Assembly: GCA_030295235.1 (NCBI GenBank)
Contig: AP026135.1
Coordinates: 1,054,001-1,118,000 of the forward strand
Direction: 5' to 3'
Source: Fistulifera solaris
Lineage: Eukaryota
DNA: 64,000 bases
This document shows positions 48,569-61,136 of the stretch, piece by piece (position 1 is the stretch's first letter; each line of letters opens with the position of its first letter). The position numbers were made by a program, and so were the translations under genes. The notes beneath the pieces are model-generated. The model did not search any database and was not told where the DNA came from. It worked only from the letters and a program-made list of their open reading frames with translations.

Positions 48569-51219
48569 ATGATAGAAAGCACAACAAAAGCGAGGCGTAC
48601 GCGCTCTTTGGGGCTTCCGTTGTCGATATTCGTTTTTGTCGGGGGTATCTTGCTCGGCATGTACCTTTTGACGACAGTATCTCTCATTCAAGTCACTTCG
48701 AATAGCTTCACAGACATCATACCGATCAATCAGTTCATCGAAGAATCGAAAGGGGCTCGGAAAGATACCGAAGAGCCTTCACGACGACCCAAAAGGGGCA
48801 CAAATAGTCACAGACCGCCCACGACAACATCAACAAAAAATGAATCCGCAACAATAAAGCACCCCATACAGCCACCACCGATCACTTCAAATAACATAAA
48901 CTCGGAGAAATCTAGTGTAGGAGACAGCTGCCCCATAATTGACGAGAAATACAAGCAAATGCCTTTGTCGCCACTGTTTTCATTTGACAAATCCAAAGCG
49001 GAAGCTATTCTAGAACAACAGGGCGCTGCCGCACTGTGGCGACCCATAACAGCCTACATTGAACCTCCTTTTAGCGATACAGTTCCTGGTACAGGAAGTC
49101 GTGGGGATTTAGAGCCCAAATCGAAAGACCGGGGGACGCCGCCCGATTTTGTCAGTCCCTTGCCTCTTCGTCGCCACACACCCGCCGATTTACAAATGTA
49201 CACATACCCAGCGGTACGAACGTGTCACGACTTGCCGGGGAAATTCCCAGTAGATAGGGGTCTCGAATACGACGAAATGGGGAATCCTGTTGTTTGGAAT
49301 GTGGGAAATGATCCCATGCCGGATGATTTTCCCCAACAGGAGGCACCCTTTTGTCCAGTAGAAGCAGATCCGTTCTTGCCTTGGATACACGACTACTTCC
49401 CCTCACAAGATGGGACACGAATTGAGTTTATTGCGCAAAATAAGCGTCGTTGTCGGACGGGAAAGAACTTTGATGCTGAGGTCAATCGATTGGTACCACA
49501 AATAACGTTGATGCAGCCCATCTCTGTGCAGCGACTTAGCGACCAGGAAGCGCAAGCAAAAGCACCCGAATTATGGAGCCCGGGAGATGATAGTCAAAAC
49601 ACTCCGCGTTATCGTCTTGCTCCACACGAAGAGTCGGATCCAGATGGGCAGTACACACGATTCATTTGTCGTTTCCATGCCACAGATTGGGACAATCCTT
49701 CACAAACAAAAATAGTAGGGGAGACCCTCAGTGCGTACCCGTTCAACTATGAGTTTGCCGCATACCGTAAAGGAAGCACTGATGTCATTCTGCTTACGCC
49801 GGGCGGGAAAGATACGACCCTCTTCTGGACGAGTAACTTACGTTTTCACTGTCCAGTCCCTGTCGAATTGCAACCCGCGGTTGCCAACGTTTTGACCGTT
49901 CTGAGTGATGGCTCGCCTTCCTTGTATGTAGATGTCGTTCCCATTCGTACAAGTGTTCGTTACAATGAGATTTACATGACCGAAGATTTGATCGGGCCAC
50001 GTGACCAATGGGAACTACCCGGCTTTAATCCTTACGCACGGTGGGGAGAAAAGAATGTTTTACCTCGAGTGGAAGCCAGCGGACGATGGGCAAATCTTCC
50101 CATCTGTTCTCCTCCTCTTTTGACCGACGAGTGTACCGACAAAGACAACCAGAACAAAAGATCCGTGGAAGTCTTGTTGCCGCAAGTTGAAAAGATGCCT
50201 GAGAAACCCCATGTCTTGTCGGCATGTCTTTGGGCCTCAGCCGAATTCAAAACACGCGGGAAATCGAAAGGAGCGTCGACAGATACACAGGACCGACTGC
50301 AAGAATGGATCGAATTTCATTTGATGGTCGGGTTCGACCATATCTATGTCTTTGATAACAGTGGAGCGCACACGAACGAAACAAGCCTTTCGTCAGTACT
50401 TGAGCCATATGGCAATAAAGTGTCACGCATTGACTGGCCAAGTATTGTTTGCAACAACAATGTGCCCGCTCATGATTCTTGCGGTGAACGGTCAAGTCAA
50501 TATGCTGCGGAAAATTCCTGTCGGACTCGCTACGCACCGTTCACCAAATGGATTGCATCCTTCGACACCGATGAGTATCTAGTGCCTATGGGCAATTACA
50601 CCAGTTTGAAAGAAGTCATAAAAGACGCCGAAAAAAGGGTACAAATATTCTCTCGTTCAGATCATCTCGAGGTCGTCTACGAACGGACAAAAGTGAAGAG
50701 GTGAACAACGATGCACGTGAGAAGATGCCGAATGTAACATTTCTGGAAGCCTACAACTGTGACAGTGCCGGGTCACCGAAACCATCATGGGGCGATCGCG
50801 CAAGGAAACAAGTCTACAGATCCGACTATGTACCGTATCACTTTGTGCATTACTCGACGGTCACGAAAGGGCTCTTAGAAACGTATAAGGACGTTCAGCA
50901 AAAAGGAATCAGCACCTGGAAACGCAAATATAGCGAGCGATCTCCATCCGAAAGAGTCACGGATGAATTAGACGAGGCCGTCATGGTGCATACTAAGACA
51001 TTGGGAGCGGATATGACAGGGGGTTATAAGCAACGGTGCCGCCACGATCACCAGAAGAAATGGCAAGCGTGCTGGGTAGCTTACCCGTATCAAGATGGCG
51101 AGAATGCAAAGGCCTATGATGAAGAAGGGATGGAGTTCAATTGTCAAATCAATAAACGAGTCGATCAATTCTGGATTCCGCGTTTGCGAGAGGCTTTGGC
51201 GAAACGGAAGCAAGGTTAG
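48569..51219 (+). CDS. Type II membrane glycosyltransferase family 92-like protein; apparent frameshift near 50635
   Basis: N-terminal TM; LSACLW, EWIEFHLMVGFDHIYVFDNS, QYAAENSC, WIASFDTDEYLVP (DxD). Confidence 0.8.
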
Positions 51220-51520
51220 GAGTTGCTATTGAATACAAAGCATTCTTATCTCTGACAGCGACGTGTACCTTATTGGTGGCGATTCGTTTCGATTACTCCT
51301 TGACTTGACTGAGCGCCTCTTCGCGTCACCCTCACGCTCAGCGATAAGAAAAGCATTCAATCTCGCACACAGCGATTGTATTATATTCTTGTACTATAGC
51401 TAATGAAACAATGTATTAATAATCAACTTTGCCTTATGGCTCGTACACCGGAATCATGTGGCCGTCAGGTTTTTGGAAATGTCAGAATTAGAGAAGACTA
51501 TCAGTAGAAAGCCATGCCTT

Positions 51521-53070
51521 CTATTCTTGTTTCTGGCGACGGATCATTTCTAGATTTCGTCGTAATTCGGTTTCAGTACAGTATGCCATGGTCAAGGTGA
51601 TAACTCCTGCGGTGACCCCTACTGCTACGTGCTTGAAAGCCAATTGAATCCACTCTCCACTCCCAACAGCGTGCACCTCATTTACAAATACTTCTCTAGA
51701 TATTCGGGTCGAGATAAAGCACCCTACGAAACAGAGCAGGACAGCTGGTTGTGGGAACATGTCACGAAGCAACTCTACGGCTACATCCCAAGATGTCTTT
51801 TCGGCGCCCCATCTATTTGTGAAAAACAAGTAGCGAAATGCAAGGAGTAAAGGGTCCGTAGCATCATCGAAAGGCAATTAGCAGCAACCAACCCAATCGT
51901 TCCATACATGGATACCACCACGGGTACAATAAGGGCAAACACCCCGGCGACCACAGTATGGACGACACCCAAACGTCCCATATCACTGGCTTTCTCTGCA
52001 ACGCCGTACACAAAAGCTTCTGTGCTTCCATTCCATGCTAGAAATGCCGTGTAAATACAAAAGGCGCTTAGAACCGATGATGCTTGTGGATTGTCACTCC
52101 ATCGTGCTCCGCCTACCAGCTGTAACAGGAGAGCAGTATAATGCACCGCTAGTGTACAGCAAAGGAGTCCCAAGTACAAAACAAGCTTTACCACGAGGCA
52201 ATAGGACTTTCGAAGCTCATCTTGCTGGGGCGATTTACTCGGTAGTACGTGTTGCCGACTCCAAAGCAACCTTGCATTTTCTTCAATGGGTTGTAGCAGC
52301 ACGCGTGCAGCTAACCCGCCGTATGCACTACCCATGGCATAAACACCTTGATCGTAGCTTCCAGCGAGAGCAACCAAAGTGATCCGATCTCCTTCTGTCA
52401 AAAGATGTTTGAAAAAGCCTTGTATCGTGAAGACCATCGTCATGTACAACGTTTGGCGGTCCAAAGCCTTCCACTGGGGACGCGTAACAACCGGTGCTAG
52501 TTTGTAATGGAGATAAGAGGTATACACCACAGCGTACACGATTTGAGCACATCCAAATGCCAGTACTTGTGGCTGTGACTTGAAGCGCGTGAGAAGAATA
52601 ACCAGAGCGATTGTTTTGGTAACCGTCGCCAACCCTTCGGCCGACGCCTTGACAGAGACTTGCAATTGGCGTAGCGCATGAAGAACTAGTGGCTCAGCAA
52701 GACTTTCGATGAAGGAGGCACAGCAATACATCAATCCAGCCCGACGAAAGGCATCACTTTCGGGTCCAGTGTTGTAATGTACGTGATGGATGCCAGCGAG
52801 GACAGCGAAAAGGGCTGTCGTAGGTACAGTCAAATAAGCAACATTCCAGTCACTGGCCGGTCGCATTAAACTCAAACGAAAACCTTCCCGACTTACAAAG
52901 TTGATCATAGAATAAAGCAACTCCAACTGGATCGAAGCTTGCCCTAAAATTGCCGGATCAACCCATCGCAACGAGATTTGCGTGCAACCAAACGAGATCA
53001 AGCGGAGCAAAAACGTAGCCACGGTGCCAGCTAAAGCTGTTCGTGTCGTACTTGGGGATGAGCTAGCCAT
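51521..53070 (-). CDS. RFT1: RFT1 (Man5GlcNAc2-PP-dolichol translocation protein); apparent frameshift near 51805
   Basis: QLELL....FVSREGFR, IESLAEP, KHLLTEGDR, QGVYAMGSAYGGLAARVLLQPIEE, NGSTEAF. Confidence 0.93.
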
Positions 53071-53835
53071 AGACAAGATCTGTTCGTTGCATTTGTTTTC
53101 TTGCTGTCAATACCAGGTAAAGCAAGGGTATAAAAGTACCGTAATAGGGGGATGGAAAAAAGTGTCTATCCCGAATTACCAGATACAAATCACGAGTGTC
53201 ACGAGCAGGTTCAACTGTGAGAAGGAAAGGAGGGAGGGAATGGGGAATGGGTGGGGAGTGAGTCGTCGTCGTCAGACGTCAGAGGTGTCACGGTTAATAC
53301 GTCAGCCAATGAAGGCTGATGATGTGCCATTGGCCATTGGCCATTGCCATTTGCCGTTGCCATGGGCCATTGACGTGGCGAGGATCGACAAGCAAGTACA
53401 AAGTACTGTTGTAAAGCATGTACAGTCATAGGATGTAGAATTAAGAACGCGTCGGAACATTTCCCTTTGAATTTTCTAAATTAAGTTCGGTACCTGGTAT
53501 TCGACATTCAACCATAAAAGCCGCAAGTACAATTAGTGTTAAAAACTTCAACTTCAACCCCGGATATAATTCCAGAGCTTTACCCCGGAGTATCATTTAA
53601 AATTTAGAGGATTTAGAATTTAGAGAAAGCCCGCGAATTTGTAACACGTAGCGAAGAACGCAAATGACGAAAAACACCGGTGGAACTATACGTCCAGAAT
53701 GTAGAACAAACCTCCCTCCTCGCTCCTCGCCACCATCTAATACCAAGCAAAGCAGATCATTATATATTCATTCATTCCAATCCGAGTTCGCATTGCTCAA
53801 AAACAATAAACATCTTTGGCAATTTACAAACGACC

Positions 53836-54258
53836 ATGTGCAGTATTCGACCATCACCTTCCAGCAAAACACCCAACCTTTGTCCAACATCACCCATGTT
53901 CTCGCAGCTCTGCGATGTAACGTCGTTGTCGCCGCCCAAGTTTCCAACGCGAGTACCCAGCATGGAGGCCGGTCTCTGCACGCTTGCCCAGGACGAGTCG
54001 CTTGACTTGCTGAAATCTCAGCCCTGCCTTGCCAAAGAAAACGGGTCAGTTCATTCCTTAAATGTGAAAAAAGGCAAGTTAGCTGACTGCTACGCATGGG
54101 AAATCGGCTTCTCAGAAGACGAAACTGTTAAGTCTGATCTAAGTGACGACGACGAAGACGACGCCATCTCATGTATGAGCCACTTGGACTATGCTCCTGT
54201 GATAGCAGAACAGGATCTCCTGGGAAGTCGTGCATTATCGCTGATGGCTTTCGAATGA
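53836..54258 (+). CDS. Hypothetical protein (Ser/Pro-rich, acidic C-terminus)
   Basis: Open 140-aa frame from ACCATG after a CA-rich leader; no recognised domain. Confidence 0.5.
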   Translation: MCSIRPSPSSKTPNLCPTSPMFSQLCDVTSLSPPKFPTRVPSMEAGLCTLAQDESLDLLKSQPCLAKENGSVHSLNVKKGKLADCYAWEIGFSEDETVKSDLSDDDEDDAISCMSHLDYAPVIAEQDLLGSRALSLMAFE

Positions 54259-54301
54259 GAGTTCGGGCGACAGTCGCAGTCGAGATGCTTCCAAGACACC
54301 A

Positions 54302-54485
54302 TGCAGTACGCTGCACGACAATGTCGGATCGGACACAATAATATAATTGACGTCGCCATTGGAATGGACACGTCGCCAACAACATGCTGACTCATGGACC
54401 CCGCCACACGAGCTTATTCGCATCATGTAGCATAATTCATCAATAACAAAACGATTACACTCCCCTTCAGCTTAAGCGTAGTGCA
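54302..54485 (+). repeat. Gypsy 5' LTR
   Basis: Identical by eye to 59167-59350; 11-bp imperfect terminal IR TGCAGTACGCT/AGCGTAGTGCA. Confidence 0.95.
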
Positions 54486-54583
54486 CTGTGTTAACACAGC
54501 ACGAGGTACGGTGTACTCTTGCATTTCTCACCTTTTTTTTTTTTTCTTGCCCGTTATTCTGTTGAACTTGTTTCAGTGACATC

Positions 54584-57500
54584 ATGTCTCGCCAACTCTC
54601 CATCCCCTCCATCTACATGAGGAACAACTTCAAGAACAAACGCCCTGTTCTTCGGGCGTTTCCGCCAAGTTTGAACTTCGCTGACGAACCCGCGAACGCC
54701 GACTCCGGCATCCACAAGAAAAGCGTGACCCTATTCGACGGAGAGTACGGGGGGCGATAACGCACGTTTTTGGTGCCAATGGGAACCGGCCCTTCGGGAG
54801 GTCTTCCAGCGAAAGCCCTGTACGACCGGCCCAGCCAGGTTCGGGGTCACCTCTTCGTGCCTCACTGGAAAGGCCCTGAACGATTTCCAGAGAGCCCGCG
54901 AACGGTAGCGACGGAGACTCTGGCGTCTTTCAAGTAGTACTATCTAAGGTCAAGAAAGAATACTTTCACAGTGATACCCCGAGAAAAGACCAACTCGACT
55001 ACATCGAGACCCTCCGCAAACCCGGAGGCGCGACGTTCAGCGAATTTGTTTCGGAAATTGACCAAATGATCGCCGACCTCAAGTATTTTCCTGAGGACCT
55101 GGGAGCCGACGGCGAACCCCTACCGGTGGACGAACAGCCCACCTTAGATGAGAACTCCTATCGGCGACTCATGCTCAAGGCCGTTCCGGCCACGTGGCTG
55201 AATAAGCTAACTAACAACGGAACTGACCCGAACAAGTATACTCCGGCCGAAGCTTTTCCAACGCTTCAAGCGCATGGAGGTCCAGGAACAAGCTCAACAA
55301 CACTTTTCACGCCAACAAGGCACCCGATCCAAAACGCCCGACGGCGCAACAAAACAAACAATAGGGATGGGAAGTGGTGTTCCGAGTGTAACTCGGCGAC
55401 GCACAACACCAGCGACTGTCGCCGAAAGGCGAACAAGGAAGACGACAACAAAAACCCGCGAGACCGAGAACGGAATCGTAATCGCGACGACCAACGAGAC
55501 CGCGACGACAGGCAGGACAAACGCCCTCGCGATGATTTTAGAAACCGAAACAGAGCTAGCGACCGAGACAGCAAACGTCCGGCGCTACAGCAACCATATA
55601 AAAGAAGCATCCTCATCGGATGCCAGCACTGCCTCATCCTACTCGACCCCCGCGCCACAGAGCCAAGGGAAGACGTGAGACGATCGCCCAGTAGCGATTC
55701 TAATTCTAGTTATTCTGTTTCTCCCTATTCTATGTGTCACACAATATACCAAAAGGATGACAAAACCCGTCACTGCCAACCTATGGACCCCAAGAGGCCA
55801 AAGAGGGTAGACCGACGGCGACGCAAGACAGCATTACTATGCGATATATTGCCCATAGACAGTTACATGGAAGCGACAACGTCCACCGCACTACTTGATA
55901 CAGGATCTACCGCATCGTTCATCCACCACGAGCTGATACCCAAACGGTATTGGCGCCAAATGCCGCGAAAGCCCCTTTGAGACGAAAGGCGGCGACTTCC
56001 GCGTCAAATACGTGGCAGCCGTTGAGATAATACTACCGGAACTTTCAACAACGCGGTCAGTGCAATGGACATTCTACATAGATCCGAGCGACAAACCGCT
56101 TTGGACTTCTCCTGGGAAGCGACTTCCTAGAGCAAAATCAAATCGACATCTCGTACTCAAGACAAAGCATCGAATGGGACGGACCAATTGCACGTATGCA
56201 AGCCGAACCATCTACATCCGTTACCAACGCCCTCCACGTCATAAGGGCAGGCGACGATGACGACCCTAACTCAAGCCCGCAGGTCAAAGCAACCGCTGAC
56301 GGCGACAAAAATCCTAGATGCTAAATACGAAAAAGCAAACCTAGACGGCGAAGTTGCAAACATCACAACCCTGAACCCACAACAAAAGAAGGCGCTACTC
56401 AAGTTACTGAGGAAATTCGAATTCTTATTCGACGGAACACTCGGAGACTTCGATTGTGAACCGGCCGACGTCACTTTAAAGCCCGGCCATGACCAACCCT
56501 ATCACGCTGAACCGCATTCTCGGTACCACACATTCACCGCAAGACTCTCTATAAAGAAATAAAGCGGCTGGTAGCTCTCGGGCGTACTCAAACGTGAACG
56601 ACGATAGCCCACACGCCACCCAACATTCATCATCCCCAAGGCCAACGGAACCGTTCGCTTTGTAACAGACTTCCGCGAAGCTCAACGCAAAACTGCAACG
56701 AAGAAACTTCCCGCCGCCAACTATCGCTGACATCCTCCATAACCTAGAAGGATTCCAATACGCAACGGCGTTAGATTTAAACATGGGATATTACACAATC
56801 CGACTCACCCCCTTTGCTCAAGATCTCTGCACTATCCTCACCCCCTGGGGCAAGTACTCCTACCAACGACTCCCCATGGGAATATCAGTCGCGAAGTGAC
56901 ATCTTCCAACTAAAGATTATGTCCTTGATGTCCGGTCTTGAAGATTTTGTCCGGACCTATCTGGACGACCTCCTCATCATCGGACGCGGCTCATTTGAGG
57001 ACCATCTCTCCCAGATTGAACAAGTACTTCAACGACTTCAAGCAGCAGGACTAAAAGTCAATGCTCCCAAATCTACCTTCTTCGCCACACAAATTGAATA
57101 CCTCGGATTCTGGCTCACCCAGCGACGGTATCACACCCGTGCGGAAGAAAATTGATGCTATCCTCAATATGGATCGACCGAAGTCACAAAAGGACGTCCG
57201 GCGATTTATTGGGATGATCAATTTTACCGCGACATGTGGCGACATCGATCCACAATACTCGCACCACTCACGGAACTAACCAAAAAATCCGAAAAAGCCA
57301 AATTCCTCTGGGAACCACGCCATGAGCACGCCTTCAAGGCAATAAAAGATCTCCTCTCACGGGACGTAGCACTAGCATACCCCCGACTTCAAAGAGAAAT
57401 TCACCATCTACACCGATGCCAGCAAAACCCAACTTGGCGCAGTCATCATGCAAAAAGGCAAACCAATCGCCTTCTACAGCCGCAAATTGACACCGGCACA

Positions 57501-59145
57501 ACAAAAATATACAACAACAGAGCGTGAACTTCTCTCCATCGTCGAAACCCTACGGGAATACCGCAGCATCTTGTTAGGATACGAAATCGACGTTTGGACA
57601 GATCACAAGAATCTTACCTTTGAGACACACCCGAGCTCCTCCGATCGAATCCATCGGTGGCTGCTTTATATTGAAGAGTTTGGGCCCACATTACATTATA
57701 TAAAGGGCGAGGCAAACGTGGTAGCCGATGCTTTAAGCCGACTACCCTTGAAACCGACACCAGAAGTCGAAGGCCGAGAAGGCAGCGCTTAACATTAACA
57801 CCCACGGGCTTCGACAAATCTTATCGAATCTCCCGCCGTCCACGCCATCCAAACTCGACAACACCGAAAGTACACAGACAGAGCACAACATTTTTTTTGC
57901 CAAACGTCAACGACAGCAATCGCGAAAACGCTACAACCACCGACACACCCAATCTGCTTAAACGCAAGCGTGAAGAGACAATACAAGCGCACACATCCAT
58001 CCCCATTAGTTACTGCAAACAATTGCTCAACATCAATGGAACGATACCAACCTCCTTGAACAGCTTGAGACACACAACGACATCCACATCGAAAAGATAC
58101 AAAATTTCTCGATCATGAAACGAGACGGTAAAATCCTCGTTCCGACAACACTGCGAAAACCAATAATTCAATGGTACCACCAAAATCTGTGCCATCCAGG
58201 CCTCGACAGAACGGAATTAACCATTCGAGCAACTTCCATTGGAACAACATCCGCGCCGACGTTCGCAAAACTCTAGCAGATTGTCATGAATGCAAAATGT
58301 TCAAAAGAAAACCAAAAAATATGGGCATCTGCCAGCAAAAGAAGCCGAATTCAAGCCCTGGAAAAGACTCTGCGTTGACATCATCGGCCCATACACCGTC
58401 CGCGATGCCAATCACCGCGAACATGAACTCCTCGCACTCACAATGATCGACCCGGCCACATCGTGGTTCGAAGTGGTCCAAATCTCCGACAAGTCCTCTG
58501 AGACGGTAGCCTTAGCCGTCGATCGGCAATGGTTTTGCCGCTATCCACTTCGCACTACATCACATACGATCAAGGCGGCGAATTTACTGGAAATGAATTC
58601 CAAGAACTGTTAACCAGCTACGGGCGTCAAAGGCAAACCGGCAAGCGACGAAACCCCCAATCTAACAGCGTAGTGGAGCGAGTGCACCTCACCCTTCACA
58701 ATATGCTGCGCACTTTCAACTTCCAACAACAAGACATGGACCCCAAAGACCCCTGGTCCGGCTTCCTCGGCCACAGCCTACGCCATCCGATCAACGTTCC
58801 ACACGTCCAATCTTGCAACACCAGCTGAACTCATCTTTGGACGCGACATCCTCTTTGACAGACCCTTTCATCCTGATTTCGAAAAATCAGACGACACAAA
58901 CAATCAATCATCAACACAAACAACAAAAGAGAGAATGCAAAAGAATCAAATACACCTATCATCCCGGTGACCGTGTACTCTACAAACGTCGAGACACGTA
59001 TAAACATGCCCAACCGTACGACGGACCGTATGAAGTACTTAAAGTATATCCCAACGGTACTGTCCAAATTGCTAAGGGCGATCGGAAAATCAAAGACAGG
59101 ATCAACATCCGTCTCCTGCATCCTTACACCCCTCGCAATCGGTAA
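54584..59145 (+). CDS. Gypsy gag-pol, broken by many frameshifts
   Basis: CCHC CSECNSATHNTSDC, protease LLDTGS, RT ALDLNMGY and YLDD, RNase H YTDAS and TTERELL, integrase CVDIIGP, DQGGEF, NPQSNSVVER, C-terminal YDGPY. Confidence 0.9.
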
Positions 59146-59166
59146 CAACCATTGGGAGGAAGCGAG

Positions 59167-59350
59167 TGCAGTACGCTGCACGACAATGTCGGATCGGACA
59201 CAATAATATAATTGACGTCGCCATTGGAATGGACACGTCGCCAACAACATGCTGACTCATGGACCCCGCCACACGAGCTTATTCGCATCATGTAGCATAA
59301 TTCATCAATAACAAAACGATTACACTCCCCTTCAGCTTAAGCGTAGTGCA
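59167..59350 (+). repeat. Gypsy 3' LTR
   Basis: Direct repeat of 54302-54485. Confidence 0.95.
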
Positions 59351-59859
59351 CACCATGTCGAACGACTGAAGATATTTGAGACTTTTGGATGCCTTCGATA
59401 TACACACATCCATTTGAATAGGTGAAGCATTTCCGGTGTCGCAACCTTGCCCACTGAAGTTAAACATTAAATGTACATAACTATAGACAAAGAATCAGTC
59501 ACTGTGCCATTTTGATCTCATTTCTAGAGAGGAATAAACAGGGAGTGAGTCTTCCGATTTTTGGGGAATGAATTACCAGTTAACGTCATTTCTCTACAGG
59601 GGCCTACGTGAGTGTACACTTTTTCCCGCACCTTGCAGTACCATGCAAGTACCGGTACCGGTACCTGGTACTGGTAACAGGTAACATTGTGTACTTTTAC
59701 CACGACTGCAATTCAGTCACGAGGTACATTTGAGCCGCAAAAAGAAAAAAAACATTCTTCGATGCGATAATGATTATTTCTTGTCAACACATCCGTCTAT
59801 TCGTTTTAGGCTCGCCGTCCTCTGACCTTTGTTTCGCGTGTTTCCGTATCATTGATAGA

Positions 59860-60364
59860 ATGAGCGATTTAGAAAGCTCAATTGCCGACGATAGCTTGCT
59901 CATTCAAGTTTCTGAGCACATCCCGTCCGTCCAGGAATGTCACAACTTTTGTGCTCAGGACACTTCATGCGGTGCTGTTGCCAACTTTGTGGGAATCACA
60001 CGTGATACCTTTCAGGACAAGAAAGTTGTCAAATTATCTTACGAAGGCTACGTCCCCATGGCGAAAAAAAGAATTGCGACTGTTGTGTCGTGAGGCAGCC
60101 GCACAATTTGATGTGCGACGCATCGCAGCCGTTCATATCCTGGGTGATTGTCCCGTAGGACAACCGAGTGTTATTTTGGCGGCCAGTAGTCCTCACCGAA
60201 AAGCAGCTATAGAAGCCATTGAATTCCTGATTGACGAGCTCAAGGCGCGAATACCGATATGGAAACTCGAAGTATACGAAAATGATGAGTCGGCGTGGAA
60301 GGAAAATATAGAATGGCATGAGGGTAAAAAGCGAAGAGTGATGACGAAAGCGACTGCTAATTAA
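59860..60364 (+). CDS. MOCS2: Molybdopterin synthase catalytic subunit (MoaE/MOCS2B/CNX6); apparent frameshift at the A-run near 60065
   Basis: CGAVANFVGITRD, LSYEGYVPMA, VHILG.CPVG, SSPHRKAA, IDELKARIPIWKLE. Confidence 0.93.
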
Positions 60365-60551
60365 CGGAGTAGAACCGATTTGACAGAGCATTTTTCGTGC
60401 ACTAAGTCTACATTCCTTCACTTCCCCGTTGGATCAATAGTTTCACAAATGATCTTTAACACCCCTTTATGCTATTTTAGGATTGCAGTTCAATGTTTCG
60501 CATATTAAAAAAGTTTAGGCGTTTCAAAGTTGGGGACTCTCGCACAACTGA

Positions 60552-61136
60552 CTACGTGTTCGAAAAAAGATAGCGTGTGGTTTGAGCCTCCTTCGCAGAA
60601 GATGGACTGGATTTAATGCTATTAGCGTAACCAAAACAAAAGGCTAGCTCCCTTGGCCCCACTTCCCATTTCAAATGTCTCATCATGTCAAACAAGGCAA
60701 ACATGTCAGAACTACTAAGCTGCTTCCCTACTTTCTTTTCCCTGATTTCTTTCTCGACATGTTTCCGTACCGCTTGCAGTTGCCACTCGCCATAACCCAG
60801 TAAGATCATAGTTGGTGTAAAAAATACAACACCACGCAGAGGCCGACGCAAATACAGGCCTCCCAGCCACGCTCCAGCCACGACTCCGCCGGCGGCATGC
60901 GACGCCAGCAACGCATTCCTCGTCGATCCCATGAGTGGCTCTGTTATTGTTGTGTAAAAGAAACGTTCTGACCCAAAACATGCCGTGGCTGTCAAAGCAC
61001 AAGAAAGCATCGTTAATGCTGCGGTGCGGGGCAAACGAGTGTGGCCTTTGTACAGGGCTTGTAGTACGCCCACAATGGAGCCTACACTCCCAGCCACCAC
61101 GACGCGCTGGGATAAATGATCTAATATCTCTTCCAT
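60552..61136 (-). CDS. Hypothetical membrane protein with GxxxG-rich helices (Tim17/22/23-like?); 3' end uncertain
   Basis: VAGSVGSIVG, HAAGGVVAGAWLGG and further hydrophobic segments. Confidence 0.55.
   Translation of the reverse strand: MEEILDHLSQRVVVAGSVGSIVGVLQALYKGHTRLPRTAALTMLSCALTATACFGSERFFYTTITEPLMGSTRNALLASHAAGGVVAGAWLGGLYLRRPLRGVVFFTPTMILLGYGEWQLQAVRKHVEKEIREKKVGKQLSSSDMFALFDMMRHLKWEVGPRELAFCFGYANSIKSSPSSAKEAQTTRYLFSNT

Larger units (their letters stand above)
54302..59350 (+). mobile_element. Full-length Ty3/Gypsy LTR retrotransposon with 5-bp TSD CACCA
   Basis: 184-bp LTRs TG..CA at 54302-54485 and 59167-59350; CACCA at 54297-54301 and 59351-59355; PPT GGGAGGAAGCGAG at 59154-59166; order gag-PR-RT-RH-IN. 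Confidence 0.97.

Noticed and set aside
2569..60364. Programmed frameshifting or mass pseudogenisation, suggested by single frameshifts in PFAS, cyclin, SLC33A1, RAD51C, VPS8, NOG1-like, CAF1, GT92, RFT1 and MOCS2B
   Set aside because: Several breaks fall in homopolymer runs (e.g. G-run near 8150, A-run near 60065) and motifs on both sides are intact in essential genes; this is typical of long-read indel error
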